A program made the position numbers and the translations under genes. Shown here piece by piece: positions 1 to 10,916 of a stretch of 34,318 bases of DNA. The stretch comes from Candidatus Saccharimonadota bacterium (GTDB taxonomy: Bacteria; Patescibacteriota; Saccharimonadia; QS-5-54-17). Numbering within the stretch: position 1 is the first letter of the stretch; each line of letters starts with the position of its first letter. Location of the stretch: assembly GCA_007131065.1 (NCBI GenBank), contig SLRF01000049.1, positions 1-34,318 of the forward strand, written 5' to 3'. The notes under the pieces were generated by a model. It was not told the origin of the DNA, made no database searches, and saw only the letters and a list, made by a program, of their open reading frames with translations.

Positions 1-675
<675 letters not shown>

Positions 676-686
676 AAATGAAGTTT

Positions 687-728
687 TGAAAGTTGAAAGT
701 TATAAAGAAAACTTTATAACTTTACAAG
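687..728. repeat. AAAGTT/TATAAAG palindromic box, copy A (in the 16S leader)
   Basis: There is a perfect 12-bp hairpin AAAGTTATAAAG-aaaa-CTTTATAACTTT (696-723). The 21-nt stretch 687-707 matches 4347-4367 at 19/21 positions. Confidence 0.8.
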
Positions 729-950
729 CTTTAAGACTCGTTGTTGCTGACATTGTTTTGTGTAACGTACATATGTAAAAACGTTTGCCCCACCTACCAG
801 CTAGTGGCTGGCGGGGCGGAATTGTTATTGTTTGTAGAAGCCAAAAGGCAACCACAAACAAACGGTTGTACTGCACAGTCTGAATTATCAAAGTTCACAC
901 GTCATTATGCCCCTAATTGCAGGACTGTCTCTCGCAAACGTGCAAATTAT

Positions 951-979
951 ATATTACCCAATCCAGCACCGCAGGTCAA
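951..979 (-). promoter_or_regulatory. candidate sigma70-type rRNA promoter
   Basis: The minus strand reads TTGACC (rc 974-979), a 17-nt spacer, then TAATAT (rc 951-956). This lies about 270 nt upstream of the mature 16S 5' end. Confidence 0.5.
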
Positions 980-1010
980 GCATATTATGCACCTCTATTA
1001 TCCGGTAATG

Positions 1011-1838
1011 CTACTTTTTGCGCCGCTTAGACTTTTTATTCTTTTTATCCAAGCGTCGTTGATGCTTTCTGAGTTGTTTCAATTTAGAGGACTGTTCTTC
1101 ATATTTTTGCTTAATCGAGAAGTAGAACTTCCAAGTCAATATAAGTTGAACCGTAAAAAATACCACAATCACTATTACCGACCACAGACGCCAGGATCCG
1201 GCTCTGCCAGTCTGGAATTGAAGCAATGACGTAAGTAGTCCGAAGAATCCCGGCAACATAAATGCATTCCACGCAACGGATGAAACTTTACCTATGACGT
1301 CTACTGAACGAAACCTGGTTAAAGCTACCCTCAGAGCTATACCCAATAATACTATTCCCGCAAACACCCCTAGATAGACAAGTCTCTCCGCGTCAGTAGG
1401 CGATTCTGCCAGCCAGGAAAGATTCTCCGCCCATTCACCGTAAGTAAACAGAAGACCAGTGACAATTCCCACCGCAGATCCTGCCACAACCTCGGAGGGA
1501 GTATGGCCTAGTATCTCTCGAACTAACGAATTTTTACCGGTAGTTCTAAGTAGGGCATTGATCACAACCGACTGCTCTCCGCTCGATCTCCTCACCCCAA
1601 GTGAGTCATAAATAACTATTGCTGCAATTACAACACTTAGACCAAATATAGGACTTTGGTACCCTTGTGTGGTCAGAGCTGCCGTAGCTAGTGCTATCAC
1701 CGTAGCCGAATGCGCACTCGGCATACCGCCCGATTGATAGAAGACCCTAAAATTCGGCTGGCCGTTAAACGCCCTGATGCTAAACTTTATAATCTGAGCA
1801 ATAAACCATGCGCCTAGGGCTACTAAAATCAGTTGCAT
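1011..1838 (-). CDS. divergent PAP2 family (DUF212/YuiD-like) membrane protein with extra C-terminal TM segments and a Lys-rich tail
   Basis: The N-terminal 135 aa (..SGGMPSAHSATV..DSLGVRRSSGEQSVVIN..ILGHTPSEV..) match my recollection of the YuiD/PF02681 pattern. The start ATG overlaps the gyrA stop (TAATG). Confidence 0.75.
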   Translation of the reverse strand: MQLILVALGAWFIAQIIKFSIRAFNGQPNFRVFYQSGGMPSAHSATVIALATAALTTQGYQSPIFGLSVVIAAIVIYDSLGVRRSSGEQSVVINALLRTTGKNSLVREILGHTPSEVVAGSAVGIVTGLLFTYGEWAENLSWLAESPTDAERLVYLGVFAGIVLLGIALRVALTRFRSVDVIGKVSSVAWNAFMLPGFFGLLTSLLQFQTGRAGSWRLWSVIVIVVFFTVQLILTWKFYFSIKQKYEEQSSKLKQLRKHQRRLDKKNKKSKRRKK

Positions 1839-4324
1839 TATTCCTGCTTGGCCTCAGTTTCTGATATTAAAGCGACGGAAACTATCTCATCATCAGCATT
1901 CAGTCTCATAATACGTACACCTTGGGTGGCGCGACCTATTACAGAGATCTCGGAAGCTTTCAAGCGAATAATGTGTCCTTTGCGGGATATTAACAGTAGC
2001 TCGTCTGAGTCTGGGTTGACTCGCACTACATTGATGACAGGACCGGTCTTCTTGCTAATGACACCTGCTTTCACGCCAAGGCCACCTCGTTTATGGACTG
2101 CGAATAATTTTACTTTCGTGCGCTTGCCGTAGCCATTAGCATGAACCACTAAAATTTGGGCATCGTCGTTAACTACATCGAATCCAACTACTCTATCGCC
2201 TTCTCGTAAGCGAATACCGCGAACACCTCTAGCGCTCCTACCCATAGGTCGGACGTCGGTCTCTTCAAATCTCAACCCTTGTCCATTTGCGGTAGATATC
2301 AATATCTGATCGCCTCCTCCCGTTAGGCGAACCCATTGCAATATATCGTCTTTGTCCAGCTTGATAGCTATGATTCCGTTCGTGCGAATATTAGCGAACT
2401 GCTCCAGTGAAGTCTTCTTAACTACGCCTTTTTGTGTGGCCATAAGTAGATATGAACCCTCTGCATCCCTGTCCTGTCCCAGCTTGATAATCGCACTTAT
2501 CCCTTCGTCGGGGTGTAGTTGAAGTAAGTTTACTATAGCCTGACCCTTGGCAGTTCTCGAAGCTACCGGTATCTCATATGCCTTTATTCGGAATACTCTG
2601 CCCATGGTCGTGAAGAAAAGTACATAGTCATGAGAATTGGCAAACACCATATGAGCTATAACATCTTCTTCCTTAGTGCCCATGCCGACTACACCCTTGC
2701 CACCACGCCCCTGGCTTCTGTAAGTATCGACTGTGGTGCGCTTAATGTAACTACCTTTGGTAAAAGTAATAACCACTTGCTCATTCGGTATCAATTCTTC
2801 ATCAGAGAACTTGCCGATTTCGTGCTCTACGATACTGGTACGACGTTCGTCTCCATATTTCTCTTTCATTTCGAGTAGCTCTTCCTTGACCACTCTCAAT
2901 ATCTCCTCGTCACTAGAAAGTATCTTCTCTAGTTCTTTTATTCTCGCTCGAACTTCCTTAAGTTCATCTTCAACCTTTTTCCGTTCAAGACCGGCCAGGG
3001 TCCTAAGTTGCATCGCCAGTATGGCATTAGCCTGGAGTTCGGAGAGACTGAATTGTTTCATCAAATTAGTGCGCGCAACCTCAGAACTCTCACTCGCACG
3101 AATGGTCTTAATCACCTCGTCAATATCGTCCAAGGCCAGTTTGAGTCCTTCTAGTATATGTTCGCGAGCTTTTGCTTTGCGAAGCTCGAACTCGCTGCGT
3201 CTTCGTATCACTACCTTACGATGCTCTAGGTACTCCCTCAGGATGGCTTCCAGGTTCAATACACGTGGCTGTATGCCGTCTACAAGAGCTAACATATTGA
3301 GATGGAACTTGGTCTGCATCGGAGTCATCTTGTATAGCTGGTTTAGTATCTTTTTCGGATAAGCGTCCTTTTTAAGGTCGATTACTATACGCACGGATCC
3401 GCGTGAGCTCTCGTCACGTAAATCAGATATACCTGTAATTTTTTTATCTTTTACTAGGTCCGCAATCTTCTCGATTAATGTAGCCTTATTCTGACCATAA
3501 GGAATTTCCGTAACTATTATCTGATGTGAATTCTTGTTCTCGACTATTTCTGCAACGGCTCGAACGGTAACTCCGCCACGACCGCTACCGTATGCATGCC
3601 TGATCGATTCCTTGCCATATATGATTCCGCCAGTAGGAAAGTCCGGACCTTTAACAAAATCCAATAGGTCATCGGTAGTGACCTCGTCATTTTCAATCAT
3701 AAACACTAAGGCGTCGACAAGTTCTGTCAGGTTATGTGGAGGTATATTAGTGGCCATACCGACGGCTATACCCATCTGGCCGTTTAGCAGAAGATTGGGT
3801 AGCTTGGCCGGAAGCACAGAAGGTTCGCCCTCAGATCCATCGAAATTAGGACGGAAATCTACGGTTTCTTTATCGATATCTGCAAGCATCTCCTCTGCAA
3901 TAGCGGTCATGCGTGCCTCGGTATAACGCATGGCGGCAGCGGCGTCTCCGTCCATGCTACCGAAGTTACCCTGGCCGTCCACCATCATGTAGCGCAGAGA
4001 CCATGGTTGCGCCATCCTAGCAAGCGAATCATAAATAGCAGAATCGCCATGCGGATGATATTTACCCATCACATCACCGACGATACGAGCGCTTTTGCGG
4101 TATTTCGTATTGTGCCTGATGCCGTTTTCGCCCATGGAGTACAGAATTCGCCTATGCACTGGCTTGAAACCATCACGGACATCTGGCAACGCACGAGCAA
4201 CTATCACGCTCATGGAGTACTCTAGGTAACTCTTCTCCATCTCCTCCACTAGATTCTGAGAGTGTACTACTCCTCGGTTATCTTTGATTGGCTCTGGTAG
4301 TATTGTGTTGTCTTTGTCTGCCAT
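1838..4324 (-). CDS. gyrA: DNA gyrase subunit A
   Basis: This is an 828-aa ORF with a full-length GyrA pattern: DGFKPVHRRILY, HPHGDSAIYDSLARMAQ, AAAMRYTEARM (catalytic Tyr) and C-terminal beta-pinwheel repeats. Confidence 0.98.
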   Translation of the reverse strand: MADKDNTILPEPIKDNRGVVHSQNLVEEMEKSYLEYSMSVIVARALPDVRDGFKPVHRRILYSMGENGIRHNTKYRKSARIVGDVMGKYHPHGDSAIYDSLARMAQPWSLRYMMVDGQGNFGSMDGDAAAAMRYTEARMTAIAEEMLADIDKETVDFRPNFDGSEGEPSVLPAKLPNLLLNGQMGIAVGMATNIPPHNLTELVDALVFMIENDEVTTDDLLDFVKGPDFPTGGIIYGKESIRHAYGSGRGGVTVRAVAEIVENKNSHQIIVTEIPYGQNKATLIEKIADLVKDKKITGISDLRDESSRGSVRIVIDLKKDAYPKKILNQLYKMTPMQTKFHLNMLALVDGIQPRVLNLEAILREYLEHRKVVIRRRSEFELRKAKAREHILEGLKLALDDIDEVIKTIRASESSEVARTNLMKQFSLSELQANAILAMQLRTLAGLERKKVEDELKEVRARIKELEKILSSDEEILRVVKEELLEMKEKYGDERRTSIVEHEIGKFSDEELIPNEQVVITFTKGSYIKRTTVDTYRSQGRGGKGVVGMGTKEEDVIAHMVFANSHDYVLFFTTMGRVFRIKAYEIPVASRTAKGQAIVNLLQLHPDEGISAIIKLGQDRDAEGSYLLMATQKGVVKKTSLEQFANIRTNGIIAIKLDKDDILQWVRLTGGGDQILISTANGQGLRFEETDVRPMGRSARGVRGIRLREGDRVVGFDVVNDDAQILVVHANGYGKRTKVKLFAVHKRGGLGVKAGVISKKTGPVINVVRVNPDSDELLLISRKGHIIRLKASEISVIGRATQGVRIMRLNADDEIVSVALISETEAKQE

Positions 4325-4346
4325 CAGAATCGCTCCGCTTTAGTTC

Positions 4347-4433
4347 TTAAAGTTGAAAGTTGTAAAGTCAAAAGATTACTCCATTTTAGAAGTGTTAACT
4401 TTACAAACTTTATAGACTTTATAACTTTATAAC
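4347..4433. repeat. AAAGTT/TATAAAG palindromic box, copy B (gyrB-gyrA spacer)
   Basis: The left arm is TTAAAGTTGAAAGTTGTAAAGTC. The right arm contains four tandem ~9-nt units (ACTTTACAA, ACTTTATAG, ACTTTATAA, CTTTATAAC). The arms are imperfectly complementary across a ~29-nt loop. Confidence 0.75.
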
Positions 4434-4437
4434 TCAT

Positions 4438-6450
<2,013 letters not shown>

Positions 6451-6475
6451 TTATTTACCCTCAAATATAGGCCTT

Positions 6476-6504
6476 ATTATACTGACAAACAGTGTCTCGG
6501 GCAA
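6476..6504 (-). promoter_or_regulatory. candidate gyrB promoter
   Basis: The minus strand reads TTGCCC (rc 6499-6504), a 17-nt spacer, then TATAAT (rc 6476-6481). This lies about 30 nt upstream of the gyrB ATG. Confidence 0.55.
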
Positions 6505-6521
6505 GTATATTCCAGAAGGCA

Positions 6522-9500
6522 TCAACCCTGGTGAATATTACCTTCATCGTCTATATATATTTCACCCGGTTTCAGATTGGCGATTGCCGGGTCGACATCG
6601 GCTTCTTGCTTCTTGGGTTCGCTAGTTTCGGACGGTTTTTCTTCTGTCTTTTCTCCACCGACATTAACTGGAGCACCGATGGTCCCTGTGACAATATGCT
6701 GACCAGATGAATCATCCGGCGTCTCATCATCTTCACTTGCCTCTAGGTCTTTGTCGGTCATTTTCTCGGATTCAGCTCCTTGATTATCACTAGAACTACT
6801 GTCATCGGTTTCACTAGATTCAGAACTACTAGCTACACTACTCAGAGAGGCGCCGATGGTCGCAAGGGCTTCTTCTGGGTCTTTCGAATCTTCATCATTT
6901 GTTTCATCAGTAGGCGTCTCTATAGACTCTATATCGTCCGTACTTATAGATGACTCTGTAGTAGTCGATGTATCATCCGCACTCTCGGACGATGTAGTGG
7001 CGTCTACTTGAATATTATCACTTGGTTCTGGCAACACCGTGCCATCACTCTCTTCGCTGGATGGCAATGCCGCTTCCTCTGCAGGAGCAGTGGGAGGGTC
7101 GACGGATAAAGGACTGCTAGATGAAGGTTGCGGAGAATCGACTGTAGGTTGTGGCGGCGAATCAATAGAGCTGGCAGTTTTCTCATCTCGTCGAGACGAC
7201 TCAACGGCCTTTACTGTATCTTCCTTGTGGGCAGGCTCCGCACGCGAAGGTACTTCTTCGCTCTCATCTTTTTTGAGGCTGGGTTTTTCGTCATTTGTCT
7301 TAAGTGCATTCTGATCGTTGCCCAATGTCTGATTGTCTACACTCTCGGAGCTGGTAGTCGCCAAAGTATCATCCTCTACATCTGAGACTTGTGGCTTCAC
7401 AACCCGCCCTACCTCGTCGACTCCTTCAGATGGAGAAACTTCCAAAACTGTATCGCTTAACGACGGCTTTTTTTCAGGAGGAGCTAATTTATTGGAGAAA
7501 TGCGACTTAGTAGACTCCTCGGAATAGGATATATTGTTGTTGTCTTTAAGCGCGTCAGAATCTTCAGGCGCATCGTCGATTCCGCGACTGGGTTCGACTT
7601 GAGACGGCTTGGTATCTTCAGGATTGAGACCAGAGCTACCCACATAAGCCTTGGGTCTCTCAGTATTCTTCGACACATCATCTCCGGAAGAACTTTGTTG
7701 CGTAGCATTGGCAGGAGTTTGATCGTGTGTCGTCTTAGCAGCCGCAAAGTTCGATCTCGGTGACGATGGGGTTTTCTGTATCGACGGCGCGCCTCCAGAT
7801 GAATCACCCGCAGCAGTAGAAGATGCCGCCTTCTGCTGCGATAGGGTCTGTTTTCTCTTGGCTAGCCATTCATCAAGGAACGAGCCGTCAGGAGAGCTAG
7901 CAGTAGACGGTGCCTGGGGTTGAGGCGTTGCTCCACTGCTCGAGCCTTGGGAAGATAGGCTATCGAATGGACTCGGTGCCTGCTTGACCGATAAGCGATC
8001 AAATATTTCCTTCTCTACTTCCGCTCTAGGGCGGGCATACTTGGCTGCCGAAAGTTTCTTCAGCGCTTCAGACAACTTCGGATTATCCGAAGCAAACGGA
8101 GGCAAAGTAGCTATATTGAATGGTTTCGTAGGTAAGCCCTCACTCATTAAGCGTATTGCTGCATTGAAGTTGGGCAGGTTGACAAGATCTCTCTCGGTAA
8201 AAGCCGGCGCGAACTGCTTAACTAGAAAGTCCGCATCCGCCGGACCTGTACGATAGCTCAGAATCGTACCGACATTTCCAAATACCGCATCTCTCACCTC
8301 CTCACTAAGCTGAGAGATGAATTGGTTGGCGACGATTAGGTTCATGCGGTACTTACGTGCCTCCGACAGTATAAAAGCAAAAGATTCAGTAGAGAAATTT
8401 TGAAACTCATCTACATACAGCGAGAAATCTTTCCTTTGATCTTCAGGAATGCTGGCCCTGCTCATCGCAGCTGCTTGGAATTTCATAACAAATATCATGC
8501 CGAGTAGCTGTGAGTTAAGCTCACCCAGCCTACCCTTGCTTAAATTCGCAATCAATATCTTATCGCTGTCCATCAGTTCGCGTAAGTCGAACGCGCTCTT
8601 GGTCTGTCCTATAGTATTTCGCATAAGCTGGTTGCTCAGGAATGCACCAAACTTGGACACGAACCAGCTCACTATCTCGCCAAAATCGTTGGACCTTTGT
8701 GATTGTGGCATCTCTTTTTGCCAGAATTCTCGCACCGACTGGTCTTCTACATGCTTGAGCTTCTGCCGTACAAACTGCGGATCACGGAACAGTTTAGGAA
8801 TATCTACAAAAGTCCCGCCCTCCGGACCGGCCATAACAGTCAGTGCAGCATTACGGAACAGGTGCTCATAGCGCGGACCTATGATACCGGTATGCTGCGG
8901 GTCGTATAGACGATACAACATATTTATAGCTTCCTGAATGAGAAAGTCTTTTTGGTCCTCGCTGTGGTATTCAAATATGTTTAGTCCTAACGGATGCTCT
9001 AGGTTGCCGGGATCGAAATAGATCACGTCCTCCGTACGGTCCTTAGGGACCATGCCCAGCATCTTCTCTGCGGCATCCCCGTGAGGATCTATAAATGCAA
9101 AGCCTTTACCATTGGTCATATCCTGAACCATCAGATTCTCCAACATAGTGGACTTACCGGTGCCTGTCTGTCCTACTATATATACGTGCCGCCTACGATC
9201 CTCGTCACTGAGGCGTATTTCTTTCTTAACTCCGTGATAAACGTTATGACCTATTACGAGACCTTCTTTACTTATTCGACTGGGACCTTCCACCTGCTTC
9301 GACGCCTGTCTCTGCAATTGAGTAGTCTTGGAGAACTGATCATCAGGAAAATGGAACAATGACGCCAATTCTACGCTGTTAAGTATCATGCTGCTCTTCT
9401 CAGGCGGGAAGAAACGAAAAATAAAATCCGTGACGAATTTCTCCATATTTTTTGCCGGCTGAAATTTAAATCCGTTCAAGCCGGGAGCGTCAAAAAGCGA

Positions 9501-10415
9501 AAACGCCGACACTAAGCTATCTACTATAGACTGGGCCTTGCTGGAAGTGCCAGAAGAAGCCACCACTCTAATCGTCGTTTCGTAGCCTGAAGATTTGGTC
9601 TTCTGCTCTATGGCATCCAGAACAGACTGCTCCTTGTTTGTAAGTTGTTTAGGTGCTTTCTGTTCATTATCACCGGAGCTCTCCGGGGGCTTAAAAGGGG
9701 CTTGGAGAAGAGCTTTGGTCGACGATCCGCCAGACTTTTCTCCTTTATTTTCCTGTTTCTTCCTGACTAGGCTCTCTGACGCCTTGGTCCATCCCTCTCG
9801 GGCGGGTCTAATAAGTATCTGCAAGCTGGCGCCGTCGCCATGATCTAGATTAGTTAAAGACTTGATAATTGCTTGCATGGCGTCCCGTTTTAGCTCATTG
9901 GCAGTGGCTATAGGATAAGAGTACGGTTGCTTTAGCACTACTTCTCCACCATAAGTACCACTTATCTTTCCGGTTTCTGAAAATACGTTATGATCCTCTA
10001 CTTCGTCGAGTTGCGCGCCTGGATAGGCAGTAAGTATGGCTTGCTTTACAACCGCGACTAGCGCCACTGGAACCGCTGCATATAAACGGATTACACCGTC
10101 TATAGCTACTATCTCAAGACCTATATGACGTTGTCCGAAGAATTTGCTCTTAAAACCTTTGGTAGCGGTACTAGCTATAAGGTTGTACAGAACTTCTGCT
10201 TGCGATATTCGCTCCTGTATTACATCTCTCACGTCACGACCGCCTACCTCGATATCGTCGCTCGATGGAGGAAGGCTTATCAATATCGGCACCATCTTAA
10301 TGCCTCTCTCTATGCCTTTAGCGAATCGCAAACCCCTTCTATATATGACGAAAATAGCCGCCACGATAGCGATTACTATTGCTGCCGCTGACGAGAAGAT
10401 TATAATCGCATCCAC
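6522..10415 (-). CDS. membrane-anchored VirD4/TraD/TrwB-like P-loop ATPase with a 485-aa low-complexity acidic tail
   Basis: There is an N-terminal TM helix. Walker A is VGQTGTGKS (about 9158-9183) and a Walker B-like motif is LYVDEFQNF. The architecture resembles type IV coupling-protein/HerA-like ATPases. The C-terminal residues 813-1297 (6525-7979) are Ser/Thr/Pro/Asp/Glu-rich. Confidence 0.8.
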   Translation of the reverse strand: MDAIIIFSSAAAIVIAIVAAIFVIYRRGLRFAKGIERGIKMVPILISLPPSSDDIEVGGRDVRDVIQERISQAEVLYNLIASTATKGFKSKFFGQRHIGLEIVAIDGVIRLYAAVPVALVAVVKQAILTAYPGAQLDEVEDHNVFSETGKISGTYGGEVVLKQPYSYPIATANELKRDAMQAIIKSLTNLDHGDGASLQILIRPAREGWTKASESLVRKKQENKGEKSGGSSTKALLQAPFKPPESSGDNEQKAPKQLTNKEQSVLDAIEQKTKSSGYETTIRVVASSGTSSKAQSIVDSLVSAFSLFDAPGLNGFKFQPAKNMEKFVTDFIFRFFPPEKSSMILNSVELASLFHFPDDQFSKTTQLQRQASKQVEGPSRISKEGLVIGHNVYHGVKKEIRLSDEDRRRHVYIVGQTGTGKSTMLENLMVQDMTNGKGFAFIDPHGDAAEKMLGMVPKDRTEDVIYFDPGNLEHPLGLNIFEYHSEDQKDFLIQEAINMLYRLYDPQHTGIIGPRYEHLFRNAALTVMAGPEGGTFVDIPKLFRDPQFVRQKLKHVEDQSVREFWQKEMPQSQRSNDFGEIVSWFVSKFGAFLSNQLMRNTIGQTKSAFDLRELMDSDKILIANLSKGRLGELNSQLLGMIFVMKFQAAAMSRASIPEDQRKDFSLYVDEFQNFSTESFAFILSEARKYRMNLIVANQFISQLSEEVRDAVFGNVGTILSYRTGPADADFLVKQFAPAFTERDLVNLPNFNAAIRLMSEGLPTKPFNIATLPPFASDNPKLSEALKKLSAAKYARPRAEVEKEIFDRLSVKQAPSPFDSLSSQGSSSGATPQPQAPSTASSPDGSFLDEWLAKRKQTLSQQKAASSTAAGDSSGGAPSIQKTPSSPRSNFAAAKTTHDQTPANATQQSSSGDDVSKNTERPKAYVGSSGLNPEDTKPSQVEPSRGIDDAPEDSDALKDNNNISYSEESTKSHFSNKLAPPEKKPSLSDTVLEVSPSEGVDEVGRVVKPQVSDVEDDTLATTSSESVDNQTLGNDQNALKTNDEKPSLKKDESEEVPSRAEPAHKEDTVKAVESSRRDEKTASSIDSPPQPTVDSPQPSSSSPLSVDPPTAPAEEAALPSSEESDGTVLPEPSDNIQVDATTSSESADDTSTTTESSISTDDIESIETPTDETNDEDSKDPEEALATIGASLSSVASSSESSETDDSSSSDNQGAESEKMTDKDLEASEDDETPDDSSGQHIVTGTIGAPVNVGGEKTEEKPSETSEPKKQEADVDPAIANLKPGEIYIDDEGNIHQG

Positions 10416-10432
10416 CTGTAAAAACCTACCGA

Positions 10433-10861
10433 CTATCTACTTGCTTTAATATCTCGGCCATAGCGCTTCTTGTGATATTCAATCTGTAACTCTTCAAAGG
10501 CCTTCTCCTGGGCGTGAGGGTCATCCTTCGTCTCATTTATAATATGCTTGGCTTTATCGACCCAAGCTTTCTCTATAACGTCTACATCATCCGCTAAGTC
10601 AGGTATGGAACTACTTTGCTGGGTAGTCGCAGTCGATTTGTCATCTTTCAGCGACTGACCGTCATCTGGATCCACTGGAGCGACTACAGTGGCGCCCATA
10701 TCATCATCGGCCTTATCCTTTTCTACCGACTTCTCCGCTTGAAGCTCCACCCCAGGAGTGTAGCGCTCCGGCTGAACTACCGGTTCAGCTTCAAGCTGAG
10801 GAAAATCCTGCTCGGGCAACTTCTGGGGGTTAATCTCCGGTGAGTTTGGTGACTGGCTCAT
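10433..10861 (-). CDS. hypothetical acidic protein (142 aa)
   Basis: This ORF is co-directional with the ATPase gene and lies 17 nt upstream of it. I recognise no family. Confidence 0.55.
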   Translation of the reverse strand: MSQSPNSPEINPQKLPEQDFPQLEAEPVVQPERYTPGVELQAEKSVEKDKADDDMGATVVAPVDPDDGQSLKDDKSTATTQQSSSIPDLADDVDVIEKAWVDKAKHIINETKDDPHAQEKAFEELQIEYHKKRYGRDIKASR

Positions 10862-10916
10862 ATGTAATGACAGTATATCGCGACTGTAGCGGCAGTAGCA
10901 AACTGCTTACGAAGTC

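Noticed and set aside
788-840. Similarity between the 16S-leader hairpin (..CCGCCCCGCCAGC..) and the rnpB arm flank (..CCGCCCCGCACC..), suggesting another copy of the hairpin element
   Set aside because: Only about 14 of 15 nt of a GC-rich stretch match, and the distinctive CCTGAAA part is missing. This could easily be chance.
700-1229. ORF-track ORFs 700-891 (-) and 741-1229 (+)
   Set aside because: They lie in the 16S leader/promoter region and antisense to the PAP2-like gene. Their sequences are low-complexity or odd, with no RBS.
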